Of a DNA stretch of 64,000 bases, positions 23,687 to 33,022 are shown piece by piece. Positions within the stretch are counted from its first letter, which is position 1. Each line of letters opens with the position of its first letter. Source of the stretch: an uncultured Gammaproteobacteria bacterium (GTDB lineage: Bacteria > Pseudomonadota > Gammaproteobacteria > Arenicellales > CAJQKF01); contig CBFGVH010000002.1 of NCBI GenBank assembly GCA_965652415.1, positions 17,325 to 81,324 on the forward strand, given 5' to 3'. The notes beneath the pieces are model-generated. The model searched no databases. It was given only the letters and a program-made list of their open reading frames with translations, and was not told the origin of the DNA. Position numbers and translations under genes: made by a program.

Positions 23687-24985
23687 TCACGCCAGCAGCG
23701 GCGCCACCACTATACGGATCAGCTCGCCGGCGCGCCTCAGTGCCATCTCGGCATCAAGGGGCGTCGCCGCCCGGCTGAACACGAACCCCGGGTAGGCGCC
23801 TCCTTCGGGCCACGCGGTGATCACCTGCCCGCTCCCTACATCGATTTCCACGTCCTCGATGCCCGGCACCCGGCGCGCCTCGCCGATGCCCTCCACGCGC
23901 CGCACCACTCCCGAGGCCGGTACCGGCACCATCAGCACGCCTGCCCCGCCGCGCAGCGGGGCAATGGCCGGTTTCTCACCGACTGCGTGCGCGATGACGA
24001 TCTCTTCCAGCGTGAGTCCGGTGGCGAAAGTCAGCAGCCGCGCGCACTTGCCGCCGATGGTTCGCGCGGCAACCTCGAGCGGCCAGACGCCGTGGGCGTT
24101 CACGCGGCACTCCGCGTGTACCGGCCCCTCGACCAGGCCGAGCGCGCTGCACGCGGCCTGGACGTCTTCGCCGATACGCTCGACGATGGCGGGAGCCAGG
24201 CGCGACGGCGTCGTGTAATACGTCTCCTCGAAGTAAGGACCGGTGAGCGGTTCGGGCTTGTCGAACACCGCCAGCACCTCGAGTATCCCGCCGGTCAGCA
24301 AACCCTCGACGGCAACCTCGAAACCTGGAATGTAGCGCTCGACGAGGACGCGAAAATCCGGTTCGGCGAATTCCCTTGCAAGCAGCCGTTCGATGCGATC
24401 GAGTGCGCGGATCAACGCCGCCTCGTCGTCGACCCGGATCACGCCGCGGCTGGCGGACATCGACAGAGGCTTGACGACCAGTGGAAACGGCGGCAGCGCC
24501 AAGATCGCCGTCGGTCGATCGCGAAGATCGACACAGGCGAAGTCGGGCGACGCGACGCCTGCTTCGGCGAGTCGACCGCGGGCGCGGAGCTTGTCGTTGG
24601 TCAGCGCGGCCGCCGCCGGGTCGTTACCGTTCAGGCCGAGTCGCCGGGCGATTCGTGCCCCGAGTTCAGCCGTGGCGTCGTCGGTCACGCAAACGCCGTC
24701 GAAAGGAAAGTCGCGATGCCTCTCCCCTGCAATCTCGAGGGCGGCATCCACATCGCCCGCGTCGTGGACCGCGCCGGCGACGTGCGCCGGCAGATCGAGC
24801 GCGGAACGCGCGCACAGGAGAAAGGGTTCGACGCCGGCCGTCCGTGCCGCCTCGATGTAGGGCGCGGTGCGGTAACTGGCGTGCGGCGCCACCACGAGGA
24901 GGCGCCTGGCGGCTCGCCCCCCGGCACGCGCGACGGCCCCTTGCGTCAGCCGCAGCCCCCGCGCCCGGCGCCGCAGCCGCCGCAC
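23687..24985 (-). CDS. ATP-grasp domain protein (ligase; substrate unknown; start uncertain)
   Basis: Motifs: LVVKPLSMSASRGVIRVDD, ERYIPGFEVAVEGLL, GPVHAECRV...PLEVAARTIGG. The only in-frame start upstream of the first beta strand is GTG 24983-24985, which overlaps the erpA-like gene by 40 nt. Confidence 0.75.
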   Translation of the reverse strand: MRRLRRRARGLRLTQGAVARAGGRAARRLLVVAPHASYRTAPYIEAARTAGVEPFLLCARSALDLPAHVAGAVHDAGDVDAALEIAGERHRDFPFDGVCVTDDATAELGARIARRLGLNGNDPAAAALTNDKLRARGRLAEAGVASPDFACVDLRDRPTAILALPPFPLVVKPLSMSASRGVIRVDDEAALIRALDRIERLLAREFAEPDFRVLVERYIPGFEVAVEGLLTGGILEVLAVFDKPEPLTGPYFEETYYTTPSRLAPAIVERIGEDVQAACSALGLVEGPVHAECRVNAHGVWPLEVAARTIGGKCARLLTFATGLTLEEIVIAHAVGEKPAIAPLRGGAGVLMVPVPASGVVRRVEGIGEARRVPGIEDVEIDVGSGQVITAWPEGGAYPGFVFSRAATPLDAEMALRRAGELIRIVVAPLLA

Positions 24986-25341
24986 GCACCGCTGCCGCCG
25001 ACGGCCTGGAACACGTTGTTGAACACGAAGGATGCGTTGACGCCGTCCTCGACGAAGTCGATCTCGGCGCCCTTGAGGTAGCCCAGCGCGACCGGATCGA
25101 CGACCACGCGGAAGCCGTTGCCGTCGTCGAGCACGCTGTCGGTACCGTACTCCTCCTCGGCGAAGGTCATGCCGTAGTTCATGCCGGAGCAGCCGCCGCC
25201 GGAGACGAAGATGCGAATCGCGCGAATGTCGTCGTCGGCATCGGCGATGAGCCCGGCCAGCTTGCCGCGGGCGGACGCGGTGATGGCGAGGTCGTTCTCC
25301 GAGATGCCGAGGGCGTTTTCGATGGCTCCGATGTCTGTCAT
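24946..25341 (-). CDS. erpA: HesB/IscA/ErpA-family iron-sulfur cluster insertion protein with an atypical Gly/Cys-rich tail
   Basis: IRIFVSGGGCSGMNYGMTFAEE...VVVDPVALGYLKGAEIDFVEDGVNASFVFNN matches ErpA/IscA. The C-terminus is VFQAVGGSGACGGCGAGRGGCG rather than NPNAxxxCGCGxSF. An alternative ATG lies at 25371. Confidence 0.8.
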   Translation of the reverse strand: MTDIGAIENALGISENDLAITASARGKLAGLIADADDDIRAIRIFVSGGGCSGMNYGMTFAEEEYGTDSVLDDGNGFRVVVDPVALGYLKGAEIDFVEDGVNASFVFNNVFQAVGGSGACGGCGAGRGGCG

Positions 25342-25443
25342 GTCGATCAACCTCGAGTTACGTATAATCATGTCTTTTACAGCAAATCCCGCAACGCATC
25401 AATGTTCCACCAGGGATGTAATCCCTTTCCCGGAGTCCGGTAA

Positions 25444-25722
25444 ATGGCGCGCCTTGTGAAGTGCTCCGTGCTCGGCCGCGAGGCACCGGCGCTCGACAGC
25501 GCCCCCTATCCCGGCGAACTCGGGGAGCGAATCCTCGCCAGCGTTTCGGCGGAAGGCTGGCAGCTCTGGCTCGAGCGTCTCGTCCTGATCATCAACGAGA
25601 ACCAGCTCAGCACCGCGGACCCCCGGCACCTCGAGTTCATCGAAGAGCAGATGAAGGGCTTCTTGTTCGGCGAAGGCGAGGGCGGCGACCTTCCCGCCGG
25701 CTTTCGCCCGCGCAAGAAGTAG
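25444..25722 (+). CDS. yggX: Fe(2+)-trafficking / oxidative-damage protection protein YggX
   Basis: MARLVKCSVLGREAPALDSAPYPGELGERILASVSAEGWQLWLERLVLIINENQL aligns with E. coli YggX. Confidence 0.9.
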   Translation: MARLVKCSVLGREAPALDSAPYPGELGERILASVSAEGWQLWLERLVLIINENQLSTADPRHLEFIEEQMKGFLFGEGEGGDLPAGFRPRKK

Positions 25723-25734
25723 CCGGCAGGCGCT

Positions 25735-26475
25735 TCAGCCGTCGTCGACGGCCGCCTGGGGGCCGTACATCTGCATGAACACCGAGCGGCTCTTCAGGTG
25801 GCGGCCCTCCATGAGTCCGGCGAGCAGCGTGCGGATCAGAATCTTGGCCTCGCGACGGGCCGCGGTGCCGGGCCGCGCACCCGAGTGCAGCGCAAGCAGG
25901 GTCTCGCCCCTGACCGGCGTGCCGGCGAACCCGGCCGCGCCGTCCTCCACCGGTCCTCTTCCGATGATATAGAGGTAGCCGCGCCTTGCTTCAATGGGTT
26001 GTTGCCCGATCACCTCGCGCTCGAGCACCAGGCCATAGCCGACGTCCGCCAGCAGCGCCGCCTCGAACCGCCTCAGAGCCCATTCCGGGTCGTCCTCGGC
26101 AAGCTCGGCGAGCAGCGACTCGTAAGCCGAGAACAGGGCCTCGTGCGGATCGCCGCGGTGCAGGAACTTCAGCAGCAGTTCGTTGGCGTACCACGCGCAC
26201 ATGAGCGGAGCACCGGCAAGGCGCGGGACGGCCCCGACAAGTTCTGCGCGCACCAGGGTGACCAGCTCCCGGCGCCCGCTCCAGTCCAGCGCCAGGGGGA
26301 AGAACGCCTGCACGATGCCGCGATGCGGCGACTTCAGTCGCCGCGCGCCCTTGGCCATGAGCGGCACTCGGCCATGGTCGCGGCAGAACGCGTCGAGCAC
26401 GAGGCTGCTCTCGGAGAACGGGTGGCGGGCGAGGATGTAGGCCGGTTGTCTCTGGACCTTGCGCGACGTCGCCAT
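25735..26475 (-). CDS. recO: DNA repair protein RecO
   Basis: QPAYILARHPFSESSLVLDAFCRDHGRVPLMAKGARR is the RecO N-terminal OB fold. Lies downstream of era. Confidence 0.9.
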   Translation of the reverse strand: MATSRKVQRQPAYILARHPFSESSLVLDAFCRDHGRVPLMAKGARRLKSPHRGIVQAFFPLALDWSGRRELVTLVRAELVGAVPRLAGAPLMCAWYANELLLKFLHRGDPHEALFSAYESLLAELAEDDPEWALRRFEAALLADVGYGLVLEREVIGQQPIEARRGYLYIIGRGPVEDGAAGFAGTPVRGETLLALHSGARPGTAARREAKILIRTLLAGLMEGRHLKSRSVFMQMYGPQAAVDDG

Positions 26476-26511
26476 CGCCTCACCGTCCTCGTCTCTCGAA
26501 GCGGGCCGCCG

Positions 26512-27423
26512 TTACCACTCGTCGAAGCCCAGGCTCCTGAGAACAACGGCGTCGTCGGTCCAGCCCTTGCGCACCTTGACCCACAGGCCGAGGTAGACCT
26601 TGCAGTCGAACAGGCGTTCGAGTTCGATGCGCGCGCTCTGCCCCATCTTTTTCAGGCCGCTTCCGTCGCGGCCGATGACGATGGCCTTCTGTCCGGGCTT
26701 CTCCACCCAGATGACGGCCTCGATGTGCAGCAGATCCTTGGCGTCGCGCTCGAAACGGGTGATCTCCACGGCGCTGACGTAGGGAACCTCCTGCCCGAGC
26801 CGCCGGAATATCTTTTCGCGGATCAGCTCGGCGGCCTGGAATCTCTGGCCGCGATCGGTGAGCTGATCGGCGGGGAATCCGTGCGGACCGGCCGGCAGGT
26901 GTGCCACCAGGACCTCGAGCATGTGGTCCATGTTGTAGCCGCTGGACACAGAGATGGGAACGATATCGGCGAACTGCCGCGATTCGGTGATTCGGGCGAT
27001 CAGGGGGAGCACATTCTCCTGGCGATCGAGCAGGTCGCACTTGTTGATGGCGAGCACGATAGGAACGCCGATTGCCGCCGCGCGCTGGTAGACGAGATCG
27101 TCGTCGGGCCGCCAGCCGGTGGCGCTGATCATCATGAGGATGACGTCGACGCCCTCAAGGCTGGCGATCGCCGTGCGATTGATCAGCCGGTTCATTTCCT
27201 TGCCGCCGCCTCCGTGGATTCCCGGGGTGTCGACGAAGATGACCTGGGCGCGGCCCGTGGTGCGAATGCCGAGTATCCGGTTGCGAGTGGTCTGCGGCCG
27301 GCGCGAGGTGATGCTGACCTTGCGCCCGACGAAGCGGTTGAGCAGGGAGGACTTGCCGACATTCGGGCGCCCGGCGATGGCGACGAACCCGCAAACCGTC
27401 GCTGACGTGGCGCTACTCGTCAC
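26512..27423 (-). CDS. era: GTPase Era
   Basis: G1 GRPNVGKSS, G3 DTPG, G4 NKCD, and a KH domain at the C-terminus. rnc-era-recO order. Confidence 0.95.
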   Translation of the reverse strand: MTSSATSATVCGFVAIAGRPNVGKSSLLNRFVGRKVSITSRRPQTTRNRILGIRTTGRAQVIFVDTPGIHGGGGKEMNRLINRTAIASLEGVDVILMMISATGWRPDDDLVYQRAAAIGVPIVLAINKCDLLDRQENVLPLIARITESRQFADIVPISVSSGYNMDHMLEVLVAHLPAGPHGFPADQLTDRGQRFQAAELIREKIFRRLGQEVPYVSAVEITRFERDAKDLLHIEAVIWVEKPGQKAIVIGRDGSGLKKMGQSARIELERLFDCKVYLGLWVKVRKGWTDDAVVLRSLGFDEW

Positions 27424-27429
27424 GGCCGG

Positions 27430-28119
27430 CTACGTGCGGACGTCCGCGGTTCCATAGAGTGCTTCCAGGGCCCTGGCCGCGGCGGCCTGCTCCGCCCTGC
27501 GCTTGCTGGTGCCGGTTCCCTCGAATGCGTCTCCGGCACCCGGTACCCGGCATTGGACGACGAAGCGCTGGTCATGCCCGGCACCCTCGACGCTCTCGAC
27601 CACGTACTCGGGTAACTCGAGTCCCTGCCCCTGCAGCCGTTCCTGCAGCATCGTCTTGGGGTCCTTGCGCGCCTTGGTCGGGTCGGCCGACTCGAGCCGG
27701 GAGCCGAAACGGCTGTGCACGAAGCGCCGCGCGGCGTCCAGGCCGGCATCCACGTAGATCGCGCCGATGACGGCCTCGAGCGCGTCGGCGAGGATGGAAT
27801 CGCGGTCGAACCCCCCGGACTTGAGCTCGCCGCTGCCGAGCGTCAGGTGCTCGCCGAGGCCGAGGTCACGCGCCACCCCGGCCAGGGTCGGCTCCTTGAC
27901 GACGCCGGCGCGCGTGCGTGTGAGCTGGCCCTCGCCCGCATCGGGAAAGCGCTGGTAGAGCGATTCGGAGACCACCAGTTGCAGCACGCTGTCGCCAAGG
28001 AACTCGAGCCGCTCGTTGTTGCGGGCCCCGGCACTGCGATGAGTCAGGGCGCGATCGAGGAGTTCGGCGTCGGCGAACTCGTGGCCGAGCGTGCGGCCGA
28101 GCCGCTCACGATCTGTCAT
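27430..28119 (-). CDS. rnc: ribonuclease III
   Basis: Signature NERLEFLGDSVL, plus a C-terminal dsRBD (GTGTSKRRAEQAAAARAL). Confidence 0.95.
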   Translation of the reverse strand: MTDRERLGRTLGHEFADAELLDRALTHRSAGARNNERLEFLGDSVLQLVVSESLYQRFPDAGEGQLTRTRAGVVKEPTLAGVARDLGLGEHLTLGSGELKSGGFDRDSILADALEAVIGAIYVDAGLDAARRFVHSRFGSRLESADPTKARKDPKTMLQERLQGQGLELPEYVVESVEGAGHDQRFVVQCRVPGAGDAFEGTGTSKRRAEQAAAARALEALYGTADVRT

Positions 28120-28139
28120 GTCGCATCGCGGCAGGGGTA

Positions 28140-28523
28140 TCAGCGCCGATACTCGGCGAACACCACGTTGTTGAACTGGATCAGCGCGCTCAGGTTGTAG
28201 GCCAGCGGCACCACTACCTCGTAGCTGACCCGTACGTCGATGCCCTTGTCCTTGCGCTCGAGCCTGAGAGCCTGGTTCATGTCGACCACTTCGTCGACGT
28301 AGTCGATGAGCAGGATGCGGTTCAACCGGCGGATGATCTCGCGTCGCGACATGTCGGCCACGTTGTTCTCGTCCACCAGCAGTTCCATGCCCTTGTAGAT
28401 GCGCAGGTTGTCGTAGTAGGGCGGGAACAGCTTCATGAACAGCAGCGCGAAGAACATCAGCACGCCGGCCGTGAACAGTACGCCCCAGATGGTGATGCCG
28501 TGCTGCCTGTTTCGGATTTTCAT
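28140..28523 (-). CDS. DUF4845-like small membrane protein
   Basis: 127 aa with one N-terminal TM helix (GITIWGVLFTAGVLMFFALLFM). Occupies the conserved slot between lepB and rnc. Confidence 0.65.
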   Translation of the reverse strand: MKIRNRQHGITIWGVLFTAGVLMFFALLFMKLFPPYYDNLRIYKGMELLVDENNVADMSRREIIRRLNRILLIDYVDEVVDMNQALRLERKDKGIDVRVSYEVVVPLAYNLSALIQFNNVVFAEYRR

Positions 28524-28574
28524 GGCCTTCTCCCCATTGCCCGCACGACGCCGCGACGCGGGCGCCGCACCCGC

Positions 28575-29399
28575 CTACGGTATGCCGTTGCCGATACGGC
28601 CCCAGTTTACACCGCCGCCGTTGACGGAGTCCCAGCTGAACCAGATGAAAAACGCCCGGCCGACGATGTTCTCCTCGGGCACGAACCCCCAGAAACGGCT
28701 GTCGTTGCTGTGATCGCGGTTGTCGCCCATGACGAAGTACTGTCCTTCCGGCACCCGGATCTCCATGCCCCGCGAACGCCTGCCCGGGTCGTTGATGATG
28801 GAGTGGGTCGAATCGCCGATGGTCTCGGCGAAAAGGCCTGTCTCGGTGCGGCCGCCCCCTTCCCTGGGCAGCATGTAGGCACCTTCGCTTGCGATCTCCA
28901 CCGCCTCGCCGTTGATCCAGATCTGCTTGTCCTCGTAGCGGATCACGTCCCCGGGCACCCCGATCACGCGCTTGATGAAGTTCACGTCCTCGTCGTGCGG
29001 GTAGCGGAACACCATGACCTCGCCGCGCTCGGGTTCGGAGACGTCGATGAGCTTGGTGTTGATCACCGGCAGGCGCACGCCGTAGTGAAACTTGTTCACC
29101 AGGATGAAGTCGCCGATGTGCAGGGTCGGGTACATCGAACCCGAAGGAATGCGAAACGGCTCGACCACGAACGAGCGCAGTACGAACACCAGCAGGATGA
29201 CCGGGAAAAAGGCCCGGGCATACTCGATGACCAGCGGCATCGGCGCCTCGGCACGTCCCTTGCCGCCTTGGCCGGCGATCGACGCGCCGCCTTCGACCAT
29301 TACCTCGGCGCGCCGGCGCTTGGCCAGCACCAGCTGGTCCACGAGGACGATGGCCCCGGTGACCACGAGGGCGATCAGCAGAATAAGCGAGAAATCCAC
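28575..29399 (-). CDS. lepB: signal peptidase I
   Basis: Motifs: PFRIPSGSMYPTL, GDFILVNK, FIKRVIGVPGD, FVMGDNRDHSNDSRFWGFV. No ATG is available. GTG 29397-29399 lies just after the lepA stop. The 929-aa track ORF is otherwise out-of-frame read-through over lepA. Confidence 0.9.
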   Translation of the reverse strand: MDFSLILLIALVVTGAIVLVDQLVLAKRRRAEVMVEGGASIAGQGGKGRAEAPMPLVIEYARAFFPVILLVFVLRSFVVEPFRIPSGSMYPTLHIGDFILVNKFHYGVRLPVINTKLIDVSEPERGEVMVFRYPHDEDVNFIKRVIGVPGDVIRYEDKQIWINGEAVEIASEGAYMLPREGGGRTETGLFAETIGDSTHSIINDPGRRSRGMEIRVPEGQYFVMGDNRDHSNDSRFWGFVPEENIVGRAFFIWFSWDSVNGGGVNWGRIGNGIP

Positions 29400-29404
29400 C
29401 AGCT

Positions 29405-31210
29405 TCAGTCCCCTACTTTGAGTACCGACAGAAACGCCTCCTGGGGAATCTCCACCGAGCCCACCTGCTTCATGCGTTTCTTGCCTTCCTTCTGTTTCTC
29501 GAGAAGCTTTCGCTTGCGCGTGATGTCGCCGCCGTAGCACTTGGCGGTGACGTTCTTGCGCAGCGCCTTGACCGTCTCCCTGGCGATGATCCTGCCGCCG
29601 ATGGCGGCCTGGATGGCCACGTCGAACATCTGCCGCGGGATGATCTTCTTCATGCGTGAACAAAGATCGCGCGCCCGCCGGGCACTGTGCTCGCGGTGGA
29701 CCAGCACCGCCAGCGGATCGACTCGGTCGCCGTTGATCAGGATGTCGAGCTTGCACATGTCGGCCGCCTGGTAGCGTGCAAACTCGTAGTCCATCGAGGC
29801 ATAGCCGCGACTGACGGATTTTAACCTGTCGTGGAAGTCCAGCACCACTTCGTTCAGGGGCAGGTCGTATTCGATCATCACCTGGCGGCCGAGGTAGCGC
29901 ATGTTGCGCTGGATGCCCCGCTTCTCCTCGCACAGGGTGATCACCGCGCCGACGTGCTCCTGGGGTGTGAGCACCTGGGCGTGGATGTACGGCTCGCGGA
30001 TCTCGGCGATCCGCGCCGGTTCCGGCAGCCTCGCCGGATTGTCGATCTCGATCACCGAGCCGTCGGTGAGCTCGACCTCGTAGACCACGGTGGGCGCGGT
30101 GGTGATGAGCTCGAGCTCGTATTCGCGCTCCAGCCGCTCCTGGACTATCTCCATGTGGAGCATGCCGAGGAAGCCGCAGCGAAAACCGAACCCCAGGGCG
30201 TCGGAAACCTCGGGCTGGTACTCCAGTGAGGCGTCGTTCAGGCTCAACTTGTCGAGGGCGTCGCGAAGCGCCTCGAAGTCGGCGTTGTTGACCGGGTACA
30301 GGCCGGCGAACACCTGGGGCTTCACCTTCTTGAACCCGGTCAGCGGCACCTCGGCCGGGTTTTTCGCGGTGGTCACCGTGTCGCCCACGCGGGCGGCCTT
30401 GATGTCCTTGATGCCCGCGATCAGGTATCCGACCTCGCCCGCCTCCAGCGTGCCGCTGCGGGTCTGCTTGGGGGTGAAGCGTCCGAGCTGTTCGACCTGG
30501 TACTCGCGGCCGGTGGACATCATGCGGATCCGGGTGCGCTCGTCGATGCGCCCGTCGAACACCCGAACCAGCGACACCGTGCCCTGGTAGTTGTCGAACC
30601 AGGAGTCGATGATCAGCGCCTTCAGCGGCGCGTCCCGGCGCCCGCCCGGGGTCGGAAGGTGGCGGACGATGCCCTCGAGGACGTCCTCGATTCCGACGCC
30701 GGTCTTGGCGCTGATGTAGATCGCCGAAGCCGTGTCGATGCCGATCACGTCCTCGATCTCGCCCTTGACGCGCTCCGGGTCCGCCGCCGGCAGGTCGATC
30801 TTGTTGAGCACCGGGATCACTTCCAGGCCGAGGTCGACCGCCGTGTAGCAGTTCGCCACGGTCTGCGCCTCCACGCCCTGGGAGGCGTCCACCACCAGCA
30901 GCGCGCCCTCGCAGGCCTTCAACGAGCGCGACACCTCGTAGGAGAAGTCCACGTGACCGGGCGTGTCGATGAAGTTGAGCAGGTAGGTCTCCCCGTCGCC
31001 CGCCGTGTAGCGCAGCGACACGCTCTGCGCCTTGATGGTGATGCCGCGCTCGCGCTCGAGGTCCATGGAGTCGAGCACCTGCTCGCTCATCTCCCGGTTC
31101 TCCAGGCCGCCGCAGGCCTGGATCAGGCGATCGGAGAGAGTGGACTTGCCGTGATCGATATGGGCGATGATGGCAAAATTCCGAATCCGGCTTTGCTCGA
31201 ATGTGCTCAT
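29405..31210 (-). CDS. lepA: elongation factor 4 (LepA)
   Basis: [36 protein letters not shown], and the LepA C-terminal domain. ATG 31208-31210 is chosen; the track start at 31222 is TTG. Confidence 0.95.
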   Translation of the reverse strand: MSTFEQSRIRNFAIIAHIDHGKSTLSDRLIQACGGLENREMSEQVLDSMDLERERGITIKAQSVSLRYTAGDGETYLLNFIDTPGHVDFSYEVSRSLKACEGALLVVDASQGVEAQTVANCYTAVDLGLEVIPVLNKIDLPAADPERVKGEIEDVIGIDTASAIYISAKTGVGIEDVLEGIVRHLPTPGGRRDAPLKALIIDSWFDNYQGTVSLVRVFDGRIDERTRIRMMSTGREYQVEQLGRFTPKQTRSGTLEAGEVGYLIAGIKDIKAARVGDTVTTAKNPAEVPLTGFKKVKPQVFAGLYPVNNADFEALRDALDKLSLNDASLEYQPEVSDALGFGFRCGFLGMLHMEIVQERLEREYELELITTAPTVVYEVELTDGSVIEIDNPARLPEPARIAEIREPYIHAQVLTPQEHVGAVITLCEEKRGIQRNMRYLGRQVMIEYDLPLNEVVLDFHDRLKSVSRGYASMDYEFARYQAADMCKLDILINGDRVDPLAVLVHREHSARRARDLCSRMKKIIPRQMFDVAIQAAIGGRIIARETVKALRKNVTAKCYGGDITRKRKLLEKQKEGKKRMKQVGSVEIPQEAFLSVLKVGD

Positions 31211-31626
31211 TCGATAAATCAATCAGATACAGGGGAAACTTCGAGCCCGATTCTAGTCCGGGCGAGCGGGGGCGGATGAACTTCCGGGAGAGAACGCAAC
31301 CGGCGTATTGTATTGAAATTCGGTTCTTCCCGCCAGCACAACCCGTACCCGGGGTGTCGGGCACCGGTTGGCGCGGCCCGATCCACTTGCCTTGACGCGC
31401 ATCAGGTACAGGTACGGCGGGCAGGGTATCATCATCGCCTCGCCCAGGGCTGTTCCCCGCGCCGTTCCGGCCGTGACCGGGCGGAGCGCGCGCCCTTTGG
31501 CCGAGCAGGATTTTCGTCGTATTAACATCCGTTTAACGATATACGAACGGTCCCGGATTTCGGGTAATATCCGCTCGCCGTCCGTTCCCGTCCCATACCC
31601 ATAAAGCGGTTTGCAGAATCTCACCG

Positions 31627-32415
31627 ATGTCAGCCCCCGCGCAAAGCGCCGCGCGAACGCCGCCGTCCCGCTTCAAGGTCGCGTTCCACAGCCTGGGTTC
31701 GCCTGAGCGCTTCTATCGTCTCAGCCGGGTGCTGGCACCGTGGCTCGGCGCGGCGAGCGCACTGCTGTTCGCCGCCGGCCTGTACGGGGGCCTGGTGCTG
31801 GCGCCGCCGGACTACCAGCAGGGCGACAGCTACCGGATCATCTACATCCACGTGCCCTCGGCGTGGATGTCCATGTTCTGCTACGTGGTGCTGGCCGTGT
31901 GCGGCGCCATGACCCTCATCTGGCGGCTCAAGCTCGCCGACGTCGTGGCGCGCGCCACCGCGCCGCTTGGGGCGAGCTTCACGGCGATCGCCCTGGCCAC
32001 CGGATCGATCTGGGGCAAACCCATGTGGGGAACGTGGTGGGTGTGGGACGCGCGCCTGACCTCGGAGCTGATCCTGCTGTTTCTCTATCTTGGCTTCATC
32101 GCGCTGCAGGCGGCGATCGAGGACCGCCGCAACGCCGCGCGCGCCGGCGCGGTCCTGGCCCTGGTCGGCGTGATCAACCTGCCGATCATCCACTACTCGG
32201 TGGAATGGTGGAACACCCTGCACCAGGGAGCCACGATCACCAAGTTCGACAAGCCGTCCATCGCCATGAGCATGCTGGTTCCGCTGCTCCTGATGTTCGC
32301 GGCGTTCAAGTGTTTCTACTTCAGCGTCATGCTTGTCCGGGCCCGCGGCGAACTGCTGCTGGCGGAGCACCGGGCGAACTGGGTACAGAATCATGTTCGG
32401 GGGGCGTCGCAATGA
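31627..32415 (+). CDS. ccmC: heme exporter protein CcmC
   Basis: Trp-rich motif WGKPMWGTWWVWDARLTSE. Six-TM pattern. Confidence 0.92.
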   Translation: MSAPAQSAARTPPSRFKVAFHSLGSPERFYRLSRVLAPWLGAASALLFAAGLYGGLVLAPPDYQQGDSYRIIYIHVPSAWMSMFCYVVLAVCGAMTLIWRLKLADVVARATAPLGASFTAIALATGSIWGKPMWGTWWVWDARLTSELILLFLYLGFIALQAAIEDRRNAARAGAVLALVGVINLPIIHYSVEWWNTLHQGATITKFDKPSIAMSMLVPLLLMFAAFKCFYFSVMLVRARGELLLAEHRANWVQNHVRGASQ

Positions 32416-32582
32416 CCGAGTTTCTCCACATGGGCGGATATGCCGCCTACGTCTGGTCGTCATATGCCGTGACGCTGGTGGTCCTGGTCGCCAACATCGT
32501 CGCCGCCAGGCAACGCGAACGCCGCGCGCTGCGCGAGATCGCCGCGCGCTCGCGGCGGCGGCCGGCCAGGAGTGAGTCATGA
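32412..32582 (+). CDS. ccmD: heme exporter protein CcmD
   Basis: 56-aa [47 protein letters not shown] overlap with ccmC. Hidden in the tail of an unrelated track ORF in the same frame. Confidence 0.75.
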   Translation: MTEFLHMGGYAAYVWSSYAVTLVVLVANIVAARQRERRALREIAARSRRRPARSES

Positions 32583-33022
32583 GGGCGAAGCGAAAACAAC
32601 GGTTGATCCTGGTCGGCCTGCTACTGGGCGGTATCGGCGTGGCGGTCGGGTTCGCCCTGATGGCGCTCAACGAGAACATCAACCTGTTTTTCAGCCCGAC
32701 CCAGGTCGCCGCCGGCGAAGTGCCGGCCGGCAGCAAGTTCCGCGTCGGCGGCATGGTCGTCGAAGGCAGCGTGCGGCGCGAGAGCGGCAATATCGAGGTC
32801 GAGTTCGACCTGACCGACACGGCGAAGGTAGTCACCGTCGTCTACGCCGGGATCCTGCCCGACCTGTTCCGCGAGGGCCAGGGTATCGTCGCCCTCGGCA
32901 GCCTGCGTGACGACGGCGTGTTCACCGCCGAGGAAGTGCTGGCCAAGCACGACGAGACCTACATGCCGCCGGAGGTCGCTGACGCCATCAAGGCCGCGCA
33001 CAACACCCGGCCGACCCAATGA
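32579..33022 (+). CDS. ccmE: cytochrome c maturation heme chaperone CcmE
   Basis: N-terminal anchor, [14 protein letters not shown] fold, and heme-binding His in [13 protein letters not shown]. Confidence 0.92.
   Translation: MRAKRKQRLILVGLLLGGIGVAVGFALMALNENINLFFSPTQVAAGEVPAGSKFRVGGMVVEGSVRRESGNIEVEFDLTDTAKVVTVVYAGILPDLFREGQGIVALGSLRDDGVFTAEEVLAKHDETYMPPEVADAIKAAHNTRPTQ

Noticed and set aside
28575-31364. 929-aa ORF suggesting a giant protein.
   Set aside because: Only the last 274 codons (lepB) are real. Upstream it reads through lepA in a different frame, and lepA is unambiguous in its own frame.
31253-31624. 123-aa minus-strand ORF and a possible ncRNA in the lepA-ccmC spacer.
   Set aside because: The ORF has no SD, an odd composition and no motif. 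I could not identify a conserved ncRNA signature, promoter or terminator by eye.
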